Part shown: positions 45,583 through 55,878 of the stretch, one piece after another | Layout: each line of letters begins with the position of its first letter | Numbering within the stretch: position 1 is the stretch's first letter | Assembly (NCBI GenBank): GCA_035432905.1 | Contig: DAORTY010000001.1 | Location: 20,235-84,234 of the forward strand | Length of the DNA: 64,000 bases | Direction of reading: 5' to 3' | From: Ilumatobacteraceae bacterium | Lineage (GTDB): Bacteria > Actinomycetota > Acidimicrobiia > Acidimicrobiales > Ilumatobacteraceae | Made by a program: the position numbers and the translations under genes | The notes under the pieces: generated by a model | Database searches by the model: none | What the model was told of the DNA's origin: nothing | The model's input: the letters and a program-made list of their open reading frames with translations, nothing else

Positions 45583-47109
45583 GTGCCTTTCGGTCAGACC
45601 GCACTCACGCTCGGCGACTATCTGCAGAAGATACTCACGGCTCGGGTCTACGACGTTGCGGTCGAGACGGCGCTCGATGTTGCACCTGGGCTCTCGCGTC
45701 GCATCGGCAACACGGTGCTCCTCAAGCGCGAGGACGAGCAACCGGTCTTCAGTTTCAAGTTGCGCGGCGCCTACAACAAGATGGTCAACCTGACGGCCGA
45801 CCAACGTTCGCTCGGCGTCATCTGCGCGTCGGCAGGCAACCATGCGCAAGGCGTCGCGATGAGTGCTGCCACGCTCGGTTGCTCCGCCGTCGTCGTCATG
45901 CCGGTCACCACGCCATTGGTGAAGGTCGATGCCGTGCGTTCGCTCGGCGCTGAAGTCGTGCTGTTCGGCGACAGCTACTCCGACGCATACACGTACGCCG
46001 CGGCACTCCAGCAGGAGCACGGCTACACGTTCGTGCATCCGTTCGATGACCCGGACGTGATCGCCGGGCAGGGCACGATCGCGATGGAGCTGCTCCGTCA
46101 GCGCCCCAGTGAGATCGACGCCGTGTTCGTTGCAGTCGGGGGCGGCGGGCTGATCTCCGGCATCGTCGCGTACATCAAGGCAGTGCGCCCCGACATCGAG
46201 GTGATCGGCGTGCAGATCGACGACTCCGACGCGATGATGCAGTCGCTCGCGGCCGGTCATCGCGTACAGCTCGACGACGTCGGATTGTTCTGCGACGGTA
46301 CCGCCGTCAAGCTGGTCGGGGAGGAGACGTTCCGTATCGTCAGCGAGCATGTCGACGATTTCGTGGTGGTCGACACCGATGCCGTCTGCGCGGCGATCAA
46401 GGACGTCTTTCAGGACACGCGCAGCATCCTCGAGCCTGCCGGAGCGCTCGGCCTTGCCGGTCTCAAGCAGTATGCACTCGACCATGGCTGGACGGGCCGT
46501 TCGCTGGTGGCGATCACGTGTGGCGCCAACATGAACTTCGACCGCCTGCGGTTCGTGGCCGAACGCAGCGAGGAGCGTGAGGCGCTGTTCGCAGTGACCA
46601 TCCCCGAACAACTGGGCAGCTTCCGCCGTTTCTCCGAGTTGGTCGGAGCACGGTCGGTCACCGAGTTCAACTACCGCATCTCGGACCGCACCGCTGCGCA
46701 CGTGTTCGTCGGCATCTCGGCTGCTGACCGCGCCGAGTCGGGTGCGATCGCCGCCGAGTTCGAGGCCCACGGTTTCGCGACCATCGACCTCACCCATAAC
46801 GATCTTGCCAAGGAGCACGTCCGCCACATGGTCGGTGGTCGCAGCGAATTGGCCGACGATGAACGCCTGTTCCGTTTCGTGTTCCCCGAACGTCCGGGCG
46901 CACTGATGCGGTTCTTGTCGACGATGCATCCGGGCTGGAACATCAGCCTGTTCCATTACCGCAACCAGGGTGCTGACGACGGCCGGGTACTCGTCGGCCT
47001 GCAGGTGCCGACTGCCGATGATGCCGCGCTGCGCGAGTTCCTCGAGACGCTGGCGTACCCGTACACCGAGGAAACCGGCAACCCGGTGTATCGCCTGTTC
47101 CTCAGCTGA
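45583..47109 (+). CDS. ilvA: Biosynthetic threonine ammonia-lyase (two C-terminal ACT-like domains)
   Basis: 508 aa with a GTG start. It has the PLP lysine motif FSFKLRGAYNKM, SAGNHAQG and GGGGLISG. The length fits the biosynthetic form. Confidence 0.9.
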   Translation: MPFGQTALTLGDYLQKILTARVYDVAVETALDVAPGLSRRIGNTVLLKREDEQPVFSFKLRGAYNKMVNLTADQRSLGVICASAGNHAQGVAMSAATLGCSAVVVMPVTTPLVKVDAVRSLGAEVVLFGDSYSDAYTYAAALQQEHGYTFVHPFDDPDVIAGQGTIAMELLRQRPSEIDAVFVAVGGGGLISGIVAYIKAVRPDIEVIGVQIDDSDAMMQSLAAGHRVQLDDVGLFCDGTAVKLVGEETFRIVSEHVDDFVVVDTDAVCAAIKDVFQDTRSILEPAGALGLAGLKQYALDHGWTGRSLVAITCGANMNFDRLRFVAERSEEREALFAVTIPEQLGSFRRFSELVGARSVTEFNYRISDRTAAHVFVGISAADRAESGAIAAEFEAHGFATIDLTHNDLAKEHVRHMVGGRSELADDERLFRFVFPERPGALMRFLSTMHPGWNISLFHYRNQGADDGRVLVGLQVPTADDAALREFLETLAYPYTEETGNPVYRLFLS

Positions 47110-47157
47110 CCGAGGATTTGGCTTGTGGCGGCCGCCGGGAGGGGGCAGGATCTTCCC

Positions 47158-47721
47158 ATGACCAGTTTGCGCGACCGGCCCAACACCGCCCTTGTGGTGG
47201 TCGACATGCAGAACAATGTGGTCGCCAACGCTCACGGTCGTGATGAGGTCATCGCCAACATCAACACGCTCGTGGACAGGGCTCGCACGGAGCGGGTGCC
47301 CGTCATCTGGGTGCAGCACTCCAGCGAGGAGATGGGGGAAGGCACCGAGGGCTGGCAATACGTACCCGAGCTGGTACGACTTCCTGGTGAGCCGCTGATC
47401 CACAAGAAGTACGGTGACTCGTTCGAGGACACGGTCCTCGAAGCGGAGCTGGCCGAGCGCGGAGTCGGCCGTGTGATCGTCACCGGCGCACAGACCGACG
47501 CGTGCATTCGCGCCACATTGCACGGTGCCTTCGTGCGCGGTTACGACACCACCCTCGTCAGCGACGCGCACACCACCGAGGACTATTCCGCCTACGGCCT
47601 GCCGCCGGTCGACAAGGTCATCGCACACACCAACACGTACTGGACGTGGCAGGGTGGCCCCGCCCGCGTCGCCGACGTCGTAGGTACCGCCGACGTGACG
47701 TTCACGCCCGCCAATCCCTAG
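47158..47721 (+). CDS. Isochorismatase-family cysteine hydrolase
   Basis: ORF 47125..47721 taken from ATG 47158. It has ALVVVDMQNN and VIVTGAQTDACIRATL (catalytic Cys). Confidence 0.8.
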   Translation: MTSLRDRPNTALVVVDMQNNVVANAHGRDEVIANINTLVDRARTERVPVIWVQHSSEEMGEGTEGWQYVPELVRLPGEPLIHKKYGDSFEDTVLEAELAERGVGRVIVTGAQTDACIRATLHGAFVRGYDTTLVSDAHTTEDYSAYGLPPVDKVIAHTNTYWTWQGGPARVADVVGTADVTFTPANP

Positions 47722-47731
47722 TCGCGACCCG

Positions 47732-49843
47732 ATGAGCCCCGACACAGTGCAACCCAGTCCGTGGGTGCTGGCCTCGGAACCGACCAGCCTCGGCGACCCG
47801 ACCAGCATGATCACGTTGGTCGACGGCCAGACGTTCTGCCTCAGCGGTCGCTCGGGCGACTTCAGCAGCAACCCAACGCATGGCGTGTTCTTCGCCGACA
47901 TGCGCGTGCTCAGCCAGGCGCGGCTGCTGATCGGCGGCGCACCGGTCGAGCCACTCGCCGTCACCCTGTCCGACGCCAGTAGTGCCACATTCGTCGGGCG
48001 CTCACAGCCGGCTTCGCCCACTGAACCACGCCTGCTCGTCGTTCGCCGGCGCAGCCTCGGGTCGGTGTGGCAGGAGCACATCGAGGTGCGCAACACCGGC
48101 ACCGAGCCCGTCATGGCCGTCATCGAGATGGAGGTCGCCGCCGACTTCGCCGACGTGTTTGCCGTCAAGGAAGGCCGAGCCTCGATGGAAGGCGAACACT
48201 CGCTGGAGGTCGATGGGCAGAGCCTGCTGTTCGGGTGGCGGCTGGGCGACGTGCACCGTACGGCGAAGTTGACGATCGACGGGGTTGCCGCCGAGGTGAC
48301 GCCGCGTGGCTTCAGGTGGACGGTGCAACTCGACCGTCACTGTGTGTCCGATGTGAAGTTCGACCTCACCGTTGCCCTCGGCGGCCAGTGGATCGTGCGC
48401 CGCGACCATCACCCGAGCCTGTCCAACGCAACCGCACGCAACCGACACTGGCTGGCAGCGGTACCCAAGCTGCGCACCCTCGATCGCAAGCTGGGTGCCG
48501 CCTACGACACCTCGGTAGCCGACGTCGGTGCGCTGCGACTGCACGATCCGACCGGTCGCCGTCGTCCCGTCATCGCTGCCGGTGCCCCGTGGTACATGAC
48601 GCTCTTCGGTCGCGATGCACTGATCAGTTCGTACATGGCCCTGCCCATCGACCCGTCGCTCGCGCTGGGTGTTTTGCAGGCGCTCGCCGAGTTGCAGGGC
48701 AACGTCGTCGACGACGTCAGCGAGGAGGAGCCGGGGCGCATCATGCACGAGACCCGCTACCTCGGTGTCGACGCCCCGACCCTTACCGGCGGCAGTACGT
48801 ACTACGGGTCGGTCGATGCGACACCGCTGTTCGTCGTCGTGCTCGGCGAGCTGTCGCGGTGGGGTCTGCCCGAGGATGTGCTGTTGGAACTGTTGCCACA
48901 TGCCGATCGCGCCCTGGCGTGGATGCGCGATTTCGGGGACAGTGATGGCGACGGCTACCTGGAGTACCACACGACGTCCGAGCGCGGTCTGGTGAACCAG
49001 GGCTGGAAGGACTCGGGCGACGGTATCCGTTACCACGACGGGCGCATCGCAGTCGCGCCGCTTGCGCTGTGCGAAGTGCAGGGCTACGCATACGCGGCAT
49101 ATCGGGCGCGGGCGGCGATCGCACAACGGCTGGGCCGCGCCGACGAGGTGGCCGACTACTCGCGCCTGGCCGACGAGCTCAAGGAGCGTTTCAATCGCGA
49201 CTTCTGGTTGGCCGAGTACGGATGGTTCGCCATCGCGCTGGGGCCCGACAAGGAACCGGTCGATTCGTGCGCCTCCAACATGGGTCACTGCCTGTGGAGC
49301 GGCATCGTCGCCGACGAGCATGCCGCCGAGGTGGCGAAGCACCTGATGTCACCCTCGATGTGGAGCGGCTGGGGCATCCGAACATTGGCCAGCGACGAGG
49401 TCGCCTACGACCCGATGAGCTACCACTGCGGCACGGTGTGGCCGCACGATGGTGCGCTGTGTGCCGCAGGACTGCGGTCGTACGGTTTCGACCGCGATGC
49501 CCTCACCGTGGCCCGTGGTCTGATCGCTGCGTCGGATGCCTGGGACGGTCGCCTCCCGGAACTGTTCAGCGGGCTCGACCACGCCGACGTCGGTACTCCC
49601 GTCCCGTTTCCCACCTCGTGCTCGCCGCAGGCCTGGGCTGCGGCAACACCGTTCCTACTGTTGCGCACGATGCTGGGTATCGAACCCCACCCAGTGGCTG
49701 GGTTGACCATCGATCCGATACCGGGTGCCATCGAGGATGACATGTTCTTCATCGGCGTGCGGCGCTTCGATGGTCGCTTCGACATTCGGGTGGACGACGG
49801 GGAACCGACGATCACGCCGTGGCCCGAGGGCCGGCTCTCCTAG
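47732..49843 (+). CDS. Amylo-alpha-1,6-glucosidase / glycogen debranching enzyme-like protein (GDE_N + GDE_C)
   Basis: 703 aa. It has GAPWYMTLFGRDALIS, GWKDSGD, CEVQGYAY and SCSPQAWAA. Confidence 0.8.
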   Translation: MSPDTVQPSPWVLASEPTSLGDPTSMITLVDGQTFCLSGRSGDFSSNPTHGVFFADMRVLSQARLLIGGAPVEPLAVTLSDASSATFVGRSQPASPTEPRLLVVRRRSLGSVWQEHIEVRNTGTEPVMAVIEMEVAADFADVFAVKEGRASMEGEHSLEVDGQSLLFGWRLGDVHRTAKLTIDGVAAEVTPRGFRWTVQLDRHCVSDVKFDLTVALGGQWIVRRDHHPSLSNATARNRHWLAAVPKLRTLDRKLGAAYDTSVADVGALRLHDPTGRRRPVIAAGAPWYMTLFGRDALISSYMALPIDPSLALGVLQALAELQGNVVDDVSEEEPGRIMHETRYLGVDAPTLTGGSTYYGSVDATPLFVVVLGELSRWGLPEDVLLELLPHADRALAWMRDFGDSDGDGYLEYHTTSERGLVNQGWKDSGDGIRYHDGRIAVAPLALCEVQGYAYAAYRARAAIAQRLGRADEVADYSRLADELKERFNRDFWLAEYGWFAIALGPDKEPVDSCASNMGHCLWSGIVADEHAAEVAKHLMSPSMWSGWGIRTLASDEVAYDPMSYHCGTVWPHDGALCAAGLRSYGFDRDALTVARGLIAASDAWDGRLPELFSGLDHADVGTPVPFPTSCSPQAWAAATPFLLLRTMLGIEPHPVAGLTIDPIPGAIEDDMFFIGVRRFDGRFDIRVDDGEPTITPWPEGRLS

Positions 49844-50511
49844 GAGGAGCGCGGCACGTGCGCGTGTAACGCCTCGGCGACACCCAAGCCGACGGCGCCG
49901 GTGGTGAGCGCGATGCCGGCGGCAAGAACCGTCTCGTCGGCGTTGGCCACGCCGACCGCGATGGAAGCAATCGCGAACATCGGCAGGTCATTGGCGGCAT
50001 CACCGATGGCGATTATGCGCAACGACTGCGCGCCGAGGTCGGCGATGGCGGCGCGTAGCCCGGTGCCCTTGTCGCAGCCTTCGGGTGCCAGCGCCACGGA
50101 ACCCTTGTTGACCACGAGGTGACGGTGGCTTCCGACCGAATCACGCGCGGATTGCACGGTGGCGTGCCACTCGGTCGGAGCGCCGACGACGACATGTCCG
50201 ACATCGAGATCTGGCACGCCGGCTGCGCGCAGGGCATCGATGAGTGCCGGCTCGAGTGGGTCCGCGAGCAGGGTCAGCGTGCCGGTGCGAACGTTGACCA
50301 GCACCCCACCCTCCTCGCACACGACACGGTCACACACGTCCACGATGTCGGGAACCACCGTGTGCAGGCTCTCCCATCGTCGACCGGTGACGATGACGAT
50401 GTGATGACCGTCGGCGTGGGCCCGGCGAATGGCGTCGATTGCAACCGGCGCCACCGCCACGCCGTCGAACAACGTACCGTCTACATCCAGGGCGATCACC
50501 ATGTGTTCCAT
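49840..50511 (-). CDS. HAD-IIB (Cof-type) phosphatase
   Basis: 223 aa. It has IALDVDGTL (motif I), VTGR (motif II) and GDAANDLPMF (motif IV). Confidence 0.75.
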   Translation of the reverse strand: MEHMVIALDVDGTLFDGVAVAPVAIDAIRRAHADGHHIVIVTGRRWESLHTVVPDIVDVCDRVVCEEGGVLVNVRTGTLTLLADPLEPALIDALRAAGVPDLDVGHVVVGAPTEWHATVQSARDSVGSHRHLVVNKGSVALAPEGCDKGTGLRAAIADLGAQSLRIIAIGDAANDLPMFAIASIAVGVANADETVLAAGIALTTGAVGLGVAEALHAHVPRSS

Positions 50512-50620
50512 GCCCTCGTCCTATCTGGCAGGATCGGAGATGTCTCCCGATGCACGAATTTGGGTATAGAGCGCACGTGACTCGTGACCTGCAAGGCGTT
50601 GAACTGCAAGCCGTGGGCCG

Positions 50621-52057
50621 ATGAGTGTTCTCGTTGTGGCTGCCAATCGACTTCCGGTGGAGGTCGCCGCAGATGGCTCTGTCACCCCCAGCCCGGGGGG
50701 CCTGGCCTCCGCGTTGGCGAGCGTTGCCACACAGGATTCGATCTGGGTCGGATGGCCCGGCTCCGGTGCGGGTCGCCTCGGCCCATTGCCGGCGCACCAC
50801 GCCCGACTGCACCCCATCGCGCTCTCCCCGGCCGAGGAGTCCCGCTACTACCAGGGCTTCGCGAACTCGGTCCTGTGGCCACTGTTCCATGGGCGATTGC
50901 GTCGCGAGGAGATGAACAGGGCGTGGTGGCGAACGTATCGCAACGTCAACGAACGGTTTGCGGTGGCAATCGCCCGGACGGCCCCGCCGAACGCCACCGT
51001 CTGGGTGCACGACTATCACCTCCTGCTGGTGCCCAAAATGCTGCGGGCACGCCGACCAGACGTGCGCATCGGACTCTTTTTGCACATCCCGTTCCCCAAC
51101 GCGCAGCTGTTCTCGATGTTGCCGTGGCGTCAGGACGTGCTGGCGGGAATGCTCGGCTCGGACCTCATCGGGTTTCAGGTCGCAGAAGACGCAGCCAACT
51201 TCATCAGCGCTGCGGGACGAGTGTTGGAACTTCACGACCATGGTCACCGCCTGCGCGTCGGCGCGCGAACCGTGGAAGTGGACACCTTTCCGATCTCGGT
51301 CGACTTCATCCGCTGGGACGGCTTGGGCAACGACGCCGTCGCCGCAGCGTCAGCACTGCGGAGCGAACTGGGCGTGGAATCAATCTTCCTCGGGATCGAT
51401 CGCCTCGACTACACGAAGGGCATCACTCAACGGCTGCAAGCGTTCGAGGAGTTGGTGAACGAGGGTCGACTCGACGTGGAGCGGTGCGCGTTCGTGCAGG
51501 TGGCCGTGCCCAGCCGGTCGGATGTGCCCGCCTACCAAAACGAGCGCGAGGAGGTGGAGACCATCGTCGAGCGAATCAATTCCAGTCATCGACGTCACAA
51601 CGGTGCGGGCCCCGTGCGCTACATCGAGTCGTCGTTCGACGACACAGGGCTCGCCGCGTGGTATCGCGCTGCCGACGCGCTGGTGGTCACCTCGCTCGCG
51701 GACGGGATGAACCTCGTCGCCAAGGAGTTCGTTGCAGCTCGTGGCGATGGTGACGGGGTGGTGGTGCTCAGCGAGTTCGCCGGCGCCGCCCAGGACCTGC
51801 CCCAAGCGCTGATCATCAACCCCTACGACATCGAGGCAATCAAGTCGGCGCTGCTGACGGCACTGGCGATGCCCGACGAGGAGCGTCGGTCTCGAATGGA
51901 GTCGATGCGCGACCACGTGCGGCACAACGACGTGCATCACTGGGCGCAGAGCTTCCTGGAACGCCTTGCGACGGTGCCTCGCGACCGTCACCGCTTCTCG
52001 CTGTGGAACCTGCCGTTGTTGTCGCGCCTGTCCATGGCGTATCGGAGGAGACGCTGA
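50621..52057 (+). CDS. otsA: Alpha,alpha-trehalose-phosphate synthase (GT20)
   Basis: 478 aa. It has [58 protein letters not shown] and [10 protein letters not shown]. Confidence 0.9.
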   Translation: MSVLVVAANRLPVEVAADGSVTPSPGGLASALASVATQDSIWVGWPGSGAGRLGPLPAHHARLHPIALSPAEESRYYQGFANSVLWPLFHGRLRREEMNRAWWRTYRNVNERFAVAIARTAPPNATVWVHDYHLLLVPKMLRARRPDVRIGLFLHIPFPNAQLFSMLPWRQDVLAGMLGSDLIGFQVAEDAANFISAAGRVLELHDHGHRLRVGARTVEVDTFPISVDFIRWDGLGNDAVAAASALRSELGVESIFLGIDRLDYTKGITQRLQAFEELVNEGRLDVERCAFVQVAVPSRSDVPAYQNEREEVETIVERINSSHRRHNGAGPVRYIESSFDDTGLAAWYRAADALVVTSLADGMNLVAKEFVAARGDGDGVVVLSEFAGAAQDLPQALIINPYDIEAIKSALLTALAMPDEERRSRMESMRDHVRHNDVHHWAQSFLERLATVPRDRHRFSLWNLPLLSRLSMAYRRRR

Positions 52058-53100
52058 TGAGGATCGGACTGATCGCCCCGGCATGGCTGCCGATCCCTGC
52101 ACCTGCATACGGAGGTACCGAGACGGTTGTCAACACGCTGGCTCGCGGATTGCACGCCGCGGGTCACGACGTCCTGCTCGTCTGTCACCCTGACTCGACC
52201 TGCCCGGTGCCGCGAGCGTCGGTGGTGCCCGCGAAGGACGCAACCCGGATGGGTCGAGCATCCATCGAGCTGGAACACGCCATCGGCGCCTACGACCTGG
52301 TGCGGGACTGTGATGTGGTGCACGACAACACGCTCGCCGGGCCGGTGTACGCGGCACGCTTCCCCGACCTGCCCGCAGTTGCGACGAACCACATGCCCTT
52401 CACCCGGACCATGACGGCGATCTTCGGGGCCGCAACGCCACACGTTGGCCTCATCGCCATCTCGCATTCCCACGCGGCCTCGACGAACCTGCCGATTGCC
52501 GGTGTGGTGCACCACGGGATCGACCTGGCGGAGTTTCCCGTCGGGGCCGGTGACGGCGGCTATGCGGCCGTGCTGTCGCGCATGACCCCGGAGAAGGGCG
52601 TTCACCGTGCCATCGCAATCGCCCGCACGGCCGGGGTGCAGTTGCGTATTGCCGCCAAGATGCGCGAGCCGCACGAGATCGAGTATTTCGACGAGTTCGT
52701 CCGGCCGCACCTCGGTGACGATGTCGTCTACCTCGGGGAACTCGGGGCGCACGACAAACGTGATCTGCTCGGTGGCGCCGTCGCGCTGCTCAACCCGATC
52801 GGGTGGCGTGAGCCCTTCGGCATGGCGATGGTCGAGGCGCTCGCCTGCGGCACACCGGTCGTGGGCTGCCCACAGGGCGCCGCCCCAGAGATCGTCGTTG
52901 ATGGTGTGACCGGTTTCCTCAGCGACGACGACGACGAGTTGGTCACCGCACTGCAACGCGTCGGGCTGATCGATCGGGCAGCCTGCCGGCAGCGGGTGGC
53001 CGACTGCTTCTCGGCCGAGAGCATGGTCGCGGGCCATCTTCGCGTCTATGAGCAACAACGAAACGGCGGCCACCCAGAGGGCGGCCGCCGCAGCGTGTGA
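52057..53100 (+). CDS. GT4-family glycosyltransferase
   Basis: ORF 52003..53100 taken from ATG 52057 (ATGA overlap with the otsA stop): [22 protein letters not shown]. The E-x7-E motif is EPFGMAMVEALACGTPVV. Confidence 0.8.
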   Translation: MRIGLIAPAWLPIPAPAYGGTETVVNTLARGLHAAGHDVLLVCHPDSTCPVPRASVVPAKDATRMGRASIELEHAIGAYDLVRDCDVVHDNTLAGPVYAARFPDLPAVATNHMPFTRTMTAIFGAATPHVGLIAISHSHAASTNLPIAGVVHHGIDLAEFPVGAGDGGYAAVLSRMTPEKGVHRAIAIARTAGVQLRIAAKMREPHEIEYFDEFVRPHLGDDVVYLGELGAHDKRDLLGGAVALLNPIGWREPFGMAMVEALACGTPVVGCPQGAAPEIVVDGVTGFLSDDDDELVTALQRVGLIDRAACRQRVADCFSAESMVAGHLRVYEQQRNGGHPEGGRRSV

Positions 53101-53166
53101 CTGATCCGTCGACAGACGACGCTGGCTGTCGTTCCTACGAACAGTCGCTTCTTGGGGGACTCGTGA

Positions 53167-53562
53167 TCAGCCGCCGGTCATGGCGGTGCTCATCTTCTGC
53201 AAGCAGGCCGAGATTGCGTTGGCATCTGCCGGGGAACTCGACGACAGCGTTGCAGCCTTGGTGCTCAGGTCGGTTGCGGTGGCGCTGAGGGCGGTGATGT
53301 CGCCGCTGGCCGGATCGGCCATGACCTTCTTGAACTGGTCAGCCAGGTCGTCGGCCGACTTGCAGAATGCAACGACGTCGGGGTTCGAGCTGGTACCGGC
53401 GTCGCCTGCGGGGGCGGCGGTCGTGTTGCCCGTGTCGCCGGCGTCTGCGGCGGGGGCGGCGGTCGTCTTGACAGTCTTGGCGTCGTCGCTGCACGCGGCG
53501 GCGCTGCTGACGAACACTGTTGCGACGAGCATCCAGGACATTGCTTTCTTCGATACCTTCAT
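53167..53562 (-). CDS. Small lipoprotein, unknown function
   Basis: C-terminal 131 aa of ORF 53167..54555(-), starting at ATG 53562 (GGAGAGGA upstream): MKVSKKAMSWMLVATVFVSSAAAC has a lipobox. An Ala/Thr/Asp-rich region follows. Confidence 0.65.
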   Translation of the reverse strand: MKVSKKAMSWMLVATVFVSSAAACSDDAKTVKTTAAPAADAGDTGNTTAAPAGDAGTSSNPDVVAFCKSADDLADQFKKVMADPASGDITALSATATDLSTKAATLSSSSPADANAISACLQKMSTAMTGG

Positions 53563-53699
53563 GGTGGGTTCCTCTCCCTTTGGGCGGCGACTGCCGCTCC
53601 GTTGAGATGAGTGTCGTCGCTTTCGCCGGGGAAGGCATGAGTAGTGGTTGCTCATTGTTGCGCGTCGTGGGGGCACGCGGCGTGAGTACCTGCTTGCCG

Positions 53700-54578
53700 T
53701 CAACCGGCCCGCAGCGGGGCGATGACCTGCTCTGCGAAACGGTGGATGGACTCGGTGGCCGTCGGGTTGCCGAAGTCGAGAACGAAGTGCTGCACGCCCA
53801 GGTCGGCGAGATGGCCGAGTTGTTCGACCAACTTCGCGCTGTCGTCGTCGCTCTCCGGCAGCGGCCGTTCGACGGTGGTGCTCACCTCGATGTCGGCCGG
53901 GTTGCGACCGGCCTGCTCGGCGGCGGCGCGGACGATGCCCAGTTTGCGGCTCCACGACTCCTCGTCGCGGAAGAAGCCGTTCCACATGTCGGCCAGTCGG
54001 CCCACCATCGGCAGACCGATCTTCTCGCCGCCGGCACCGATGCAGACGCGCGGCACCGGGTTCGGCAGCGGTGGTGCCGACGCGCCCTCGATGCGAAAGT
54101 ACGTTCCCTCGAACGATGGCTCGTCCTGCGTCCACATCAGTCGGCAGATGGTGATCATCTCCTCCAGCTGCGCGAAGCGGACGGACGGCTTGGGGAAGTC
54201 GTAGCCGTAGGCGGCGTACTCGTCCTCGCGCCAACCCGCGCCGACACCGAGGATGAAGCGACCGCCCGAGAGCACCTGCAGCGTTGCCGCCATCTTTGCC
54301 GTCAACGCCGGTGGCCGATAGCCGTGACCCAACACGTGATGGCACAGCTGTACGTCGGGGTGACGTGCCGCCAGCCACGTGAGCGTGGTCCATGCCTCCA
54401 GGAACGGGTCGGTCTTGGCGTCGAAGCCGTAGAAGTGATCGGCGATCCACAGCGAGTCGAAGTAGGGCAGCGCCGTTGGCAAAATGTGCTGGTCCTGCCA
54501 CGCTGCAATTGGCTGGTAGTCGCTCCAGCGGTTCCCGATGACGGGGGAGAGCCACCCGAACTTCAGGTCGCGGCTCAT
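53700..54578 (-). CDS. Luciferase-like monooxygenase (LLM class, probably F420-dependent) oxidoreductase
   Basis: ORF 53700..54980(-) taken from ATG 54578 (MSRDLKFGW...). It has FDSLWIADHF and GGRFILGVGAGW. Confidence 0.8.
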   Translation of the reverse strand: MSRDLKFGWLSPVIGNRWSDYQPIAAWQDQHILPTALPYFDSLWIADHFYGFDAKTDPFLEAWTTLTWLAARHPDVQLCHHVLGHGYRPPALTAKMAATLQVLSGGRFILGVGAGWREDEYAAYGYDFPKPSVRFAQLEEMITICRLMWTQDEPSFEGTYFRIEGASAPPLPNPVPRVCIGAGGEKIGLPMVGRLADMWNGFFRDEESWSRKLGIVRAAAEQAGRNPADIEVSTTVERPLPESDDDSAKLVEQLGHLADLGVQHFVLDFGNPTATESIHRFAEQVIAPLRAG

Positions 54579-55030
54579 GCTGATTCCAGCGTGCTCTTCA
54601 CGCGACCGAGGGTGCTGTTCATGCCCTTGACCATCGCTTTGGGGCGCAACAGGACTCGGTTGTACATGAAACCAGAGAAACCTTTGGCGGTGTAGTCGAA
54701 CGACTCCGTGACCGAGGTGGAGTTGTCGGTCGTTGCCACGAATTCGTAGCGCCAGGTGGTGTAGCCCTCTGCAACGAACTCGAAGACGGCGCCCGGTTCG
54801 CAGGCGGTCACCTCCGAGGTGGTCGTCCACTTTTTGAGCGTGCGGCCAGCGACCTTGGCCACGTTGTCGCCTTCGAACTTGGCGCCGACGGCGGGTCCGG
54901 TCGCACCCCCCACCCAGCGGCCGGCGATGCACTCCGGACTCCAGTCGCCCATACGCGTGACGTCGGCGATCGCCGCCCACACTTCGTGGGCTGGACGGTT
55001 GATGGTGATCGTGGCGGACCCTGAACTCAT
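54575..55030 (-). CDS. SRPBCC (START/polyketide cyclase-like) family protein
   Basis: ORF 54575..55306(-) taken from ATG 55030: ATITINRPAHEVWAAIADVTRMGDWSPEC. There is a 4-nt overlap with the LLM gene. Confidence 0.75.
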   Translation of the reverse strand: MSSGSATITINRPAHEVWAAIADVTRMGDWSPECIAGRWVGGATGPAVGAKFEGDNVAKVAGRTLKKWTTTSEVTACEPGAVFEFVAEGYTTWRYEFVATTDNSTSVTESFDYTAKGFSGFMYNRVLLRPKAMVKGMNSTLGRVKSTLESA

Positions 55031-55080
55031 GGCTGCAGCGTAGAGCCGTTGTTGCGGCATGTTGAACGCAGCCTCAGGTG

Positions 55081-55797
55081 TCACGTGAATGCGCAGAATT
55101 CGTTGCCTTCCGGGTCGGACATGACGCACCAGTCGATGTCGCCGTCTCGCATTCGTAGCAACGTCGCCCCTGCGTCGGTGAGGTCGTCGATGCTCGCATC
55201 GACCAGTTTCACGTCCCAGTGCACGCGGTTCTTCACCGTCTTGGGCTCGGGTACCGGGGTGAACACCCAGAACATGAACGGGAAGCCCGCGGCGTCCTGC
55301 ACCCACACAAAGTCAGCACCGGGGCGTGTGCCGACCGTGCCGCCCGTTCGGGCCGCCCACCAGGTGGCGATGCTCAGCGGATCAACCGCGTCGACGACCA
55401 GTTCGAACGGGCCGCCGGGTGCATCGGGATACTGCGGGTGCGGGCCGAACACGCACAGCGCGACGCCATCGGGGTCGTTGAGCACGTACCAGCGCACGTC
55501 GTCGTTCGGCTCGCGCACGAGACGCGCACCAGCGGCGATCAGCGGCACGGGGTCGCCGCCGGCCACCCGCAGATCGAGGTGCACGCGACTCTTCCCGGCG
55601 GAGGCCTCCGGCACACCGTTGATCCAGATCGTTCGTTCCTTCGCACCGCCCGGCGGAGGCTCCAGATGGAAGTCGCCGCCCTCGTGCTCCACCACCGGTT
55701 GCGACAGGGCGCTGCCCCAGAACTGGGCGACGGCCTGCGGGCGTCCCTCGCCGCGCGTGACATCGATACAAAGATCCTTGAACATGACGTCAGGCAT
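55081..55797 (-). CDS. Two-domain VOC (glyoxalase-fold) family protein
   Basis: ORF 55081..56043(-) taken from ATG 55797. It has the duplicated pattern RVHLDL...DPDG..LCVF and RVHWDV...DPEGNEFCAF. Confidence 0.7.
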   Translation of the reverse strand: MPDVMFKDLCIDVTRGEGRPQAVAQFWGSALSQPVVEHEGGDFHLEPPPGGAKERTIWINGVPEASAGKSRVHLDLRVAGGDPVPLIAAGARLVREPNDDVRWYVLNDPDGVALCVFGPHPQYPDAPGGPFELVVDAVDPLSIATWWAARTGGTVGTRPGADFVWVQDAAGFPFMFWVFTPVPEPKTVKNRVHWDVKLVDASIDDLTDAGATLLRMRDGDIDWCVMSDPEGNEFCAFT

Positions 55798-55878
55798 GAC
55801 CGCGAACCTACCCGCGCCGCAATCCACAGTTGCCGCTTCGGCTCTGGCCGAACATGACCGGGCTGCCACACTTCGTTG

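Noticed and set aside
45571-48168. 865-aa ORF on the minus strand
   Set aside because: It runs antisense across three independently supported genes (ilvA, the isochorismatase-family gene and the start of the GDE-type gene). It shows no motifs and has an Arg/Gly/Val-rich composition.
49840-50511. HAD phosphatase considered as otsB (trehalose-6-phosphate phosphatase)
   Set aside because: It is divergently transcribed from otsA, is only 223 aa, and I can only recognise generic HAD-IIB/Cof motifs. Substrate specificity cannot be inferred from the sequence alone, so no otsB symbol is assigned.
53167-54555. 462-aa minus-strand ORF
   Set aside because: Only the last 131 codons (53167-53562) look real: signal peptide, lipobox and a strong RBS. 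The remainder is an out-of-frame read-through of the LLM oxidoreductase gene with an Arg/Pro-rich composition.
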